Shown: piece after piece, positions 1-6,828 of the stretch
Layout of the letters: the number at the start of each line of letters is the position of its first letter
Numbering within the stretch: position 1 is the first letter of the stretch
NCBI GenBank assembly: GCA_003135555.1
Contig: PLCF01000076.1
Location: 1-38,026, forward strand
Origin: Vulcanimicrobiota bacterium
Lineage (GTDB): Bacteria; Vulcanimicrobiota; Vulcanimicrobiia; Vulcanimicrobiales; Vulcanimicrobiaceae
Reading direction: 5' to 3'
Length of the DNA stretch: 38,026 nucleotides
Made by a program: the position numbers and the translations under genes
Notes under the pieces: generated by a model
Told to the model about the DNA's origin: nothing
The model's database searches: none
Seen by the model: the letters and a program-made list of their open reading frames with translations, nothing else

Positions 1-866
1 AGACCGCGGTCGCCTCGCGGCGCGCGCTGCAGCCCGACTACCGCGCGCAGCGCGCGTTCAGCGAGGCGCTCCTCCCGGCCGGTGATCCGGAGCTGCGCGA
101 GGACTCGCCGGCGTCGCTCGCCGCGATCACGCTCGACGACGTGAAGTCGTATTACACGCAGTACGTTCGCCCCGACGTGACGACGCTGGTCGTTGTCGGC
201 GACGTCGACCCGGGCGCCGTTGCGCGCGAGGTCACGGCGCGCTTCGGCGACTGGACCGCGACCGGCCCGAAGCCCGATCCGCACCTGCCCGCGATCCCGC
301 TGCCGGATCCGAAGCGTCAGAACGTGGAGACGGCCGCGCAGGATATCTCGGTCGAGCTCGGCGCGCCGGCGCTCGCGCGCAGTTCGCCCGACTACGACGC
401 GCTCACGCTGGCGAACGCGATCTACGGCGGCGGCGCGTTCGACGCGCGCCTCTTCCGCGAGGTGCGGGAGAAGCGCGGCCTGGTCTACTTCGCGTTCAGC
501 TCGCTGCAGGCCGGACGCGACCGCGGCACCTTCCGCATTTCGTTCCGTGCGGTGCCCTCAAAGGTCGATGCCGCCGACGCGCTCGTGCGCGCCGAGCTCA
601 AGCGCATGCAGACCGAGCCCGTCACTGCGGACGAGTTGGCGAAGGCGAAGACCCGCGTCGTGGCGGCGGCGATCGACGCCGAGCAGGCGACCAGCGCGAT
701 CGCCGGCGACCTGCTGCGGATCGGGCTCGACGAGCTGCCGCCGAGCTACTACGCGACGCTCGCGCAGCGCTACGCGAAGATCACGCCGGCCGACGTGCAG
801 CGCGCCGCGAAGACCTACTTTCACCCGGACAATCTGGTCGAGGTTCGCACCGGCCCGAAGTCGTGA
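1..866 (+). CDS. M16 family (pitrilysin/insulinase-like) peptidase, C-terminal part; gene starts before the window
   Basis: Frame is open from position 3. Motifs LVVVGDVD, RLFREVREKRGLVY and ITPADVQRAAKTYF are typical of M16 C-terminal domains. Clearly paralogous to 20538-23222. Confidence 0.9.
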   Translation, partial: TAVASRRALQPDYRAQRAFSEALLPAGDPELREDSPASLAAITLDDVKSYYTQYVRPDVTTLVVVGDVDPGAVAREVTARFGDWTATGPKPDPHLPAIPLPDPKRQNVETAAQDISVELGAPALARSSPDYDALTLANAIYGGGAFDARLFREVREKRGLVYFAFSSLQAGRDRGTFRISFRAVPSKVDAADALVRAELKRMQTEPVTADELAKAKTRVVAAAIDAEQATSAIAGDLLRIGLDELPPSYYATLAQRYAKITPADVQRAAKTYFHPDNLVEVRTGPKS

Positions 867-881
867 GGATGCGCTGCTGGG

Positions 882-1790
882 TCACCTAGTAGAGGGTGCT
901 AGCGACGAAGCGTTGACCGCACTCGCAGCGTTATTCAACACCGTGAGGTGCGCAGTGGTGCATGGTTTATTATCACACAGCAAGGTGGTGCCATTCGGGG
1001 CGAGCGAGAGGCTCTTGATGCTCTTGCTAGTGCTGAGAGAAGCCGCGAGTACTTTCACTTGGTCTTGGGTGCAAGACTTGCCGTCCACCGTACACTGCAG
1101 CGTGCCGGTCGGATCAACAACGATCTTGTAGATGTTGCTCCGGCTAGAGTTGAGGTTGATTGACTTACTCTGCGCATTCCCGACGGGACTTGCGGTGGGG
1201 CTGGGCGAGGGCGTCACGTAAATCTGGAGGTTGTTCTTGATGTTGCTGCGGGAACTGTTGACGGCAGTCGACTGATCCTCCCTGGTCGGCGTGGGGGTGG
1301 GCAACGGCGTCGCGTAGATTTGAAAGTTGTTTTTGATATTCGATCTGCTGCTGTTGACCGCGGTGGACTGCGCGCTGACCACGACCACGACGTGGTGTTG
1401 TCCGTCGGTCGCGAAGGGTACGCTATCCTGAACGGCCGCTCTCGCCGTTGATGATGCGGCCGGATTGAATGGTCGACCGGTCTCGAAGTTCCAGGACGCC
1501 TTGCCCGGTGCCGTCGCGCCGCTGATCTCCAGATCGTGCGTGATTCCCCTCGCAGGCGCGCCCTTCGGAAGGGCCAGGGTCAGCTCGTACTGGCCCTTCG
1601 GCAGATTGCCGACGTCGACCGACCCGTTGGGGCCGGTGGTACCGCGGACGACGATCAGGTTCCCTGGTTTCTTTTTGATGATGACGTCAATGCCTTTGAC
1701 GTTACTTGTGCCCTGCGCGGCAATAGTGGTGAACGCGAACGCTGCTGCAAAGGCAAGCGCGGCGACGCGAACGGCAAATCGATCGGACAA
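882..1790 (-). CDS. Secreted hypothetical protein (~302 aa): signal peptide, beta-sandwich-like domain, 3x NSSRSNI repeats with Pro/Thr linkers, 2 Cys-pair repeats
   Basis: GGAGG SD upstream of TTG at 1790. Ala-rich signal peptide ending TIAA-QG. GTTGPNGSVDVGNLPKGQYEL resembles Cna-B/carboxypeptidase-regulatory-like domains. Internal repeats are conserved at the protein level. Confidence 0.75.
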   Translation of the reverse strand: MSDRFAVRVAALAFAAAFAFTTIAAQGTSNVKGIDVIIKKKPGNLIVVRGTTGPNGSVDVGNLPKGQYELTLALPKGAPARGITHDLEISGATAPGKASWNFETGRPFNPAASSTARAAVQDSVPFATDGQHHVVVVVSAQSTAVNSSRSNIKNNFQIYATPLPTPTPTREDQSTAVNSSRSNIKNNLQIYVTPSPSPTASPVGNAQSKSINLNSSRSNIYKIVVDPTGTLQCTVDGKSCTQDQVKVLAASLSTSKSIKSLSLAPNGTTLLCDNKPCTTAHLTVLNNAASAVNASSLAPSTR

Positions 1791-1858
1791 GACACACCTC
1801 CCCGGATGCTCCAGACCGCGTTCTAGCAAAGCAAGCGAATGCCCCGGCGGGAAACGAC

Positions 1859-2001
1859 TTTATGGGCAGAAACGCCGTCTGCACATTTAATCGGCCTCAT
1901 CGGGCCTTTTATGGGCAAAGCCTACGCGATACGCGATAGGCTTTGCACATAAAACCCCTGATCCGGGTTCTTTTATGTGCAGTTGCGCGCTTTTATGTGC
2001 A
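1859..2001. repeat. Array of six TTTATG(G/T)GCA-type motifs in mixed orientation, including an 18-bp inverted repeat
   Basis: Forward copies at 1859, 1907, 1971, 1991 and reverse copies at 1880 (degenerate) and 1944. IR arms 1907-1924 and 1937-1954 match at 17/18. Confidence 0.85.
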
Positions 2002-2010
2002 GGCGACGAC

Positions 2011-2340
2011 TCACAGGGCGGTGCGAGGAGCGCCCCAAATCCACTCGGTGATCCATTCAGCGGCGCGCCGTACTCCGTCGAGATCGCGACGAACTCGCAG
2101 CGCATCGCCGGTTTGTGTTTCCCCCTCACGCTGTTCAACCCGCACGTCGTCTCCTTCGCGAACTGTGGCCACGGATCGAACCGCTAGCGCGAGGGCGTTC
2201 CGCACGCGATAGTCCGCGGTCGCATTTTGGGGGCGGAACACGAATTCGTCGATCGAGCGATCCTGCGGGAGCAGCCTGCGGAGTTCCTCGAAGACCTTGT
2301 GCTCGAATGCGGGTTCGAGCCCTCTGTCGTCTGCGCCACA
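2011..2340 (-). pseudogene. Possible small hypothetical gene or remnant with no usable start codon
   Basis: The frame reads protein-like (EHKVFEELRRLLPQDRSIDEFVFRPQ...AAEWITEWIWG), but there is no ATG/GTG/TTG in frame between the upstream gene's stop (2384) and this segment. Confidence 0.25.
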
Positions 2341-2383
2341 CCCGGAGTCGCCGCCCTCGTAACCTTCGCCCGTAGCGAGACGG

Positions 2384-2749
2384 TTATTCTTGCCGGCGCA
2401 ACGCGTCCGTGTTCTCGACGATTCGGAACAGCGCCATCGCAACCTCGAGATAAACCCGAGTCGCGACTGAGAGAAGCAGAAACACGATCGGAGCGCCGAC
2501 GATCTGCACGAGCGCAAGGAACATGAGCGATCCGTTCGGCGGCTGACCGAAGCTCGTGAGCTGCGCCGCCATGTTAGCCGTCCCGAAGCCCGCGAGGAGC
2601 AAACCGAGACTCCAAAGCCCCGCGACGATCAAGGCGATGATGTAAATGGCGCCGATGATCTGCGGCGTGATGAACTCGCGAAACGATAGGTCGTAGAGCG
2701 CACGGAACAGGCCCGGCGCAGGCTTCGCGCTCGGATCACTCGGTTGCAT
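2384..2749 (-). CDS. DUF4282-like small membrane protein
   Basis: GLFRALYDLSFREFITPQII start, two TM helices, C-terminal RVYLEVAMALFRIVENT. GAGGAGG SD upstream. Confidence 0.8.
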   Translation of the reverse strand: MQPSDPSAKPAPGLFRALYDLSFREFITPQIIGAIYIIALIVAGLWSLGLLLAGFGTANMAAQLTSFGQPPNGSLMFLALVQIVGAPIVFLLLSVATRVYLEVAMALFRIVENTDALRRQE

Positions 2750-2866
2750 CGCGGTCCCTCCTCGCTAGGTAAGGCTAACTTAGCGACCGTTTCGCCGTCT
2801 CCTCTGCGGCATCTGGCCGCCGGGCCAGCCGCCATCCCGTCGCCCGCTCACACCTAGCCTACCCGG

Positions 2867-2900
2867 ATACTTGAAACGGTCGTTACAAGTATGCTAGAGT
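2867..2900 (+). promoter_or_regulatory. sigma70-type promoter (TTGAAA-18-TGnTAGAGT) overlapped by a 26-bp palindromic TetR operator
   Basis: ATACTTG-A-AACG-GT-CGTT-A-CAAGTAT at 2867-2892. -35 at 2871-2876, -10 at 2895-2900. The ATG is 6 nt after the -10 with no SD. Confidence 0.7.
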
Positions 2901-2906
2901 GCGGTC

Positions 2907-3509
2907 ATGGCGCGGACCGCGGACGATCGGCGGCGCGTGGACCTGTTGGAGCGCATCGTGGACTACGTGATGGAGAACGGTCTCTCTGATCTTTCGTTGC
3001 GCCCGCTCGCCGGAGCGGTCGAGACCAGCCCGCGCGTGCTGCTCTACTACTTCAACTCAAAAGAAGAGCTGATCACCGAGGTGATGGCGGGCGCGCGCGA
3101 ACGCCAGCGTGCGATCTTCGACACCCTGCCGCGGCGCGCCGACTCCTACGCCGAGACCGTTCGCGCCGCGTGGGCGCTGATGAGCAAGCCCCAGCACGAG
3201 CGCGTCTTTCGGCTGTTCTTCGAAGTCTACGGGCTCGCGCTGCAAGATCCCAACCGCTTCCCCGGTTTCGTAACGCGCGCGGTCGACGACTGGCTGGCGT
3301 ACCTCGGTGCCGGTGCGCGCAGCGACGGGCACACCGCCGCCGACGCGCGGGCGATCGCGACGGTGATCCTGGCCGGCTACCGCGGCTTCTTGCTGGATCT
3401 GTGCGCGACGCAGGACCGTAAGCGCATCGGGCGCGCGGTCGAACTGTGGATCGCCGCGCTCGATGCCATCCCCTCGCCCAAGGAGCTCGCCGGTGCAAGG
3501 CGCGGCTGA
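2907..3509 (+). CDS. TetR/AcrR family transcriptional regulator
   Basis: N-terminal HTH LSLRPLAGAVETSPRVLLYYFNSKEEL. Confidence 0.92.
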   Translation: MARTADDRRRVDLLERIVDYVMENGLSDLSLRPLAGAVETSPRVLLYYFNSKEELITEVMAGARERQRAIFDTLPRRADSYAETVRAAWALMSKPQHERVFRLFFEVYGLALQDPNRFPGFVTRAVDDWLAYLGAGARSDGHTAADARAIATVILAGYRGFLLDLCATQDRKRIGRAVELWIAALDAIPSPKELAGARRG

Positions 3510-4734
3510 AACGACACCTCGTCGCGCGGCGGTGATCTTCGTCTTCATCACCGTCGCACTCGACATGATCGCGCTGGGCGTGATCGCACCGGTCTTCGTC
3601 CCGCTCATCGAAGGCTTCATGCACAACGACGTCGAGCGCGCCGCCGCGGTCGTGGGCGCGTTCGGCACGGTCTTCGCGCTGATGCAGTTCTTCTGGGCGC
3701 CGTTCCTGGGGGTGCTCTCCGACCGCTTCGGGCGCCGGCCGGTCATCATCGTGTCGAACCTCGGCATGGCCGTCGACTACGCGGTCATGGCGCTCGCGCC
3801 GAACCTCTTCTGGCTGTTGGCCGGCCGGATCGTCTCGGGCGTCACGTCGGCGAGCGCGACGGCGGCGGGCGCGTACATCGCCGATGTGACGCCGGCGGAG
3901 AAGCGCGCCGGTGCGTTCGGGATGATCGGTGCCGCGTTCGGGATCGGATTCGTGCTAGGCCCGGCGCTAGGCGGGCTATGCGGGCAGATCGATCCGCGGC
4001 TGCCGTTCTGGGTCGCCGGCGCGCTGTGCCTGCTCAACGGGATCTACGGCGCCTTCGTGCTGCCCGAATCGCTGTCACGCGAACATCGCGCCATGCGCTT
4101 CATGTGGGCCAAAGCAAATCCGCTCGGCGCGCTGCGGTTGCTGCGCAGCCATCCGGAATTGAGCGCGGTCGCGGCCTCGACGTTTCTGAGCACGCTGGCC
4201 GGGATCGTGATGCAATCGACCTGGGTGCTCTACGTCACCTTCCGCTTCGGCTGGGGGCCCGGCGCGACGGGAGCCTCGCTCGCGCTCATCGGGATCTGCT
4301 CGTCGGTCGCGCAGGTCGCAGTCGTCGGTGCGTACGTGAAACGCTTCGGCGAGCGCGTCGCGCTCTTTTCGGGGATCGCGTTCGGGGCGATCGCCCTGGT
4401 GATTTGCGGTTGGGCGCCCAACGGCTGGCTGTTCTGCGTCGGGATCGTCCCGCTGTGTCTATGGTCGCTGGCGCCCGCCGCCGGACAAGCGATGATGAGC
4501 CGCCGCGTGACGCCGCAGGAGCAGGGTGAGTTGCAAGGCGCCATCGGTTCGATACGCGGCCTCGCCGCGCTGTTCGGCCCGTTGATCTTTACCACCGCGT
4601 TCGCAATCGGGGTCGCCCGCGGCGTACCCGGCGCAGCCTGGTTTTTGGGCGCGGCGATCATCTGCGCGGCCGTACTCCCGGTCCTGCGCGAGCACGGAAA
4701 AGAAGAAGAACCCGCAGTCGCCGGCGCGGCGTAG
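3493..4734 (+). CDS. MFS efflux transporter, TetA/TCR (DHA1)-like
   Basis: Motif A GVLSDRFGRRPV, motif C GFVLGPALGG, about 12 TM segments. AAGGAG SD before GTG 3493, overlapping the TetR gene end. Confidence 0.9.
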   Translation: MQGAAETTPRRAAVIFVFITVALDMIALGVIAPVFVPLIEGFMHNDVERAAAVVGAFGTVFALMQFFWAPFLGVLSDRFGRRPVIIVSNLGMAVDYAVMALAPNLFWLLAGRIVSGVTSASATAAGAYIADVTPAEKRAGAFGMIGAAFGIGFVLGPALGGLCGQIDPRLPFWVAGALCLLNGIYGAFVLPESLSREHRAMRFMWAKANPLGALRLLRSHPELSAVAASTFLSTLAGIVMQSTWVLYVTFRFGWGPGATGASLALIGICSSVAQVAVVGAYVKRFGERVALFSGIAFGAIALVICGWAPNGWLFCVGIVPLCLWSLAPAAGQAMMSRRVTPQEQGELQGAIGSIRGLAALFGPLIFTTAFAIGVARGVPGAAWFLGAAIICAAVLPVLREHGKEEEPAVAGAA

Positions 4735-4740
4735 ATCTGC

Positions 4741-4772
4741 GAAAGAGGCCGCCGAATCGCTCCGGCGGCCTC
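4741..4772 (-). terminator. Intrinsic terminator-like hairpin between the converging MFS and SEC-C genes
   Basis: Perfect 10-bp stem GAGGCCGCCG (4745-4754) / CGGCGGCCTC (4763-4772) with an 8-nt loop, followed by a short TTTC tail on the minus strand. Confidence 0.65.
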
Positions 4773-4776
4773 GCAC

Positions 4777-5025
4777 TCACTCGCGGAAAGAAGTAGGCTC
4801 GCTCGACGCCGTCATAGCGGCCGCTGCGCATACAGCACTTCTTGAAACCGGCGGCCGGAGCCGCAAATGCAGGGATCGTTGCGACCGAGCTTTTCGATGA
4901 GCTCTTTGTCGCCGTGCACGAAGCGGTCGCCGCGCTTGACGTGCGTTTCGGACGGGTAGCCCTTGCGGCGCTTGCTAGAGCGCGTAAAAGCTGGGCAGTT
5001 CGTCGTAGTCGATGTCGTGTCGCAT
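4777..5025 (-). CDS. Small SEC-C motif (zinc-binding) protein split over successive frames; full 81-aa product needs three +1 shifts
   Basis: AGGAGGGT SD then ATG 5025. [14 protein letters not shown] is in one frame and KKCC in the +1 frame. Shift sites are TTT-T (4989-4986), TTT-C (4847-4844) and TTT-C (4789-4786). The final TGA at 4779-4777 lies just before the terminator. Confidence 0.7.
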
Positions 5026-5053
5026 GGTAGACCCTCCTGTGACAACGCCGCCT

Positions 5054-5082
5054 ACGCTACACGAAGCTGCCCGTAGCGTCAA
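5054..5082 (-). promoter_or_regulatory. sigma70-type promoter of the SEC-C gene (TTGACG-17-TAGCGT) with an overlapping 7-bp inverted repeat
   Basis: -35 at 5082-5077, -10 at 5059-5054. IR is ACGCTAC (5054-5060) / GTAGCGT (5073-5079). Confidence 0.6.
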
Positions 5083-5086
5083 GCCC

Positions 5087-5815
5087 TCATAGCTTCGCGG
5101 CGGCTTGGGCGTCGACGAACCAGCGTAGGTCGCCCGCGCGCGGGTGGACGAGTTGAGCGGGGTACAAGTCGGGTTGTTTTGGCCCGCCGAGCACGGCGCG
5201 CAACGCGTCTGCCTTCTCGGCGCCGCCAGCGGTGATCGCGACGTTGCGCGCGTCGTTGATCGCGTGCGGCGTCAGCGTGATCCGCCACTTGCCGAGCTGC
5301 GGAACGTAGTGCGCGATGCAGCGCCTTTCCCGGTCGATCGCCCCGACGGTGCCGGGGAACAGTGAAGCGGTGTGTCCCTCGGGCCCCATCCCCAGCAACA
5401 CGAGATCGAGCCGCGGGCGTTCGCCCAGTTGGAGGTGGAGCACCGCGTCGTAGTCAGCCGCCGCTGCCCCCGGATCGTCTTCGCCGCGCATGCGATGAAC
5501 GCAACCGCCATCGATCCCCAAGCGGTCGAGCAGCGTCTCGCGGTTCATCTTGTAGTTGGAATCCGGATCGCTCGGCGGGACGCAGCGCTCGTCACCGAAC
5601 CAAAAGACGACCCGGCCCCACTCGACGCTCGAGCGTCGCGGCTCGGCGACCAGCAGCGCATTGATCGCGCGCGGCGTCGAGCCGCCGGCTAGCGCGACGT
5701 GCGCAAGGTCGCGCTGCGCGAGCGTTGCCCGCACCAGCGCAACCACGTGGTCGGCCACTGCCGCGGCGAGCGCTGCCGAATCGGGCAGAACGGCGACGTG
5801 CTGACGCTCCGCCAT
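5087..5815 (-). CDS. pgl: 6-phosphogluconolactonase
   Basis: ALAGGSTP, FGDERCVPP and LLGMGPEGHTASLFPG motifs. Last gene of the OPP operon, start ATG 5815. Confidence 0.93.
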   Translation of the reverse strand: MAERQHVAVLPDSAALAAAVADHVVALVRATLAQRDLAHVALAGGSTPRAINALLVAEPRRSSVEWGRVVFWFGDERCVPPSDPDSNYKMNRETLLDRLGIDGGCVHRMRGEDDPGAAAADYDAVLHLQLGERPRLDLVLLGMGPEGHTASLFPGTVGAIDRERRCIAHYVPQLGKWRITLTPHAINDARNVAITAGGAEKADALRAVLGGPKQPDLYPAQLVHPRAGDLRWFVDAQAAAKL

Positions 5816-5823
5816 CGGCGCTG

Positions 5824-6828
5824 CTATCCGAGCAGCGGCGCCGCGGCGCGTAGCACCGACTCGAACAGCTCGTCGGGTTGCGTTTCCAGCACGGCGCGTT
5901 CGAGCAGCGACGCGTTGTCGATGGCGCGCAGCGGTACGAGCTGCGGTTCGCGTGCGTGTTCGCCTTCGGCCCAGAAGCGCACGACGCCGGGGTCTTCGGT
6001 GACCTCGCCGTGGTACCACGACTTCGCGCTGTCGAGGCAGATGCTTTGGACGCGGCGGATGTCGCCGACCCGCCGCCGTTCGAAGGTCACCGTGCGGCCT
6101 GCACGGTCGGTGAAGGCATCCCGGCCCGCCGCGGTCCAGCCCAAGCTGCCGGCCAGCCAAGCGCCGAGGTAAAAGGCTTCGGAATCGGATCCGCTCGCAA
6201 TGAAGAGACGGCGAATCGCGTACACCTCGGTCTGCAGCTGGGGATCGTCGAAGAAGTTTGCGATCACGTCCTGCCACGGCCGCAGCCGCATCCAAGCCAG
6301 ATCGCGCAGCTCCACCTCGGGATGCTCTTGATGGAACGCGATGATCTTCTCCATCGCCGATGCATCGCGAGCCGCGCCCGACGAGTCGAAGAGCAACGTG
6401 CTCACCGACGGCAATAAGGCGTAGAAGATCTCGCGGCTGGCTTCCTTCATCCCGCTCCACCACAGAATGGTCGGAACGCCGGTCTTGCTCAGCGCCGTCA
6501 CGTATCCGAGAATCGCCGGCGCGTCGATGCAGGACACGTCGAGCTGGACCCGTTCGCCTTGGACCGTGAACTCGACCGGTGCGGCGCGCTCGCCCGTTGT
6601 GAGGACGGCTTCGTTGCACTCGCCGGTGTGGTCGAGCACGATGGTCAACGACGGGTACTTGTCGCTGAGCATCGCGGTGCGCTCGAGGATCCAGGCGCGC
6701 CGGTCGGGGTCGTCGATCCAGACCACGAAGTTCATCGTCGAGGCCGTGAGCTTCGTGCGGTTGAGCTCGTTGCGGATCTCGTCGAGCGAGGTTGCAATCG
6801 TCGACGACTCGTTCATATCTTGCGCCAT
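5824..6828 (-). CDS. opcA: Glucose-6-phosphate dehydrogenase assembly/activator protein OpcA
   Basis: Lies between zwf and pgl. PTILWW, LLFDS and LRDLAWMRLRPWQ motifs are typical of OpcA. Confidence 0.85.
   Translation of the reverse strand: MAQDMNESSTIATSLDEIRNELNRTKLTASTMNFVVWIDDPDRRAWILERTAMLSDKYPSLTIVLDHTGECNEAVLTTGERAAPVEFTVQGERVQLDVSCIDAPAILGYVTALSKTGVPTILWWSGMKEASREIFYALLPSVSTLLFDSSGAARDASAMEKIIAFHQEHPEVELRDLAWMRLRPWQDVIANFFDDPQLQTEVYAIRRLFIASGSDSEAFYLGAWLAGSLGWTAAGRDAFTDRAGRTVTFERRRVGDIRRVQSICLDSAKSWYHGEVTEDPGVVRFWAEGEHAREPQLVPLRAIDNASLLERAVLETQPDELFESVLRAAAPLLG

Noticed and set aside
1859..2001. The motif array as DnaA boxes, a dif site or a CRISPR array
   Set aside because: It has three mismatches to TTATCCACA and no XerD arm 6 bp from the TGCACATAA half. 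Units are too short, of mixed orientation and irregularly spaced, and there are no cas genes.
2309..2338. GGGTTCGAGCCC...GCCA resembling a tRNA 3' end or att site
   Set aside because: The T-stem is mismatched, spacing to CCA is wrong, there is no 5' tRNA half, and there is no integrase nearby.
4812..5045. ORF-track call starting at TTG 5045 (MSQEGLPC...) as the real SEC-C gene
   Set aside because: Its start lies about at the predicted TSS and upstream of the strong SD, which points to ATG 5025 in another frame, and it yields only half a SEC-C motif. A leaderless start here cannot be fully excluded and would bypass only the first shift.
5816..6619. N-terminal extensions given by the ORF track for pgl (also zwf, cmk, ispH, GT fusion, S9, radA)
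   Set aside because: The extensions overlap neighbouring genes or lack homology. Family N-termini and stop/start overlaps indicate the shorter starts used above.
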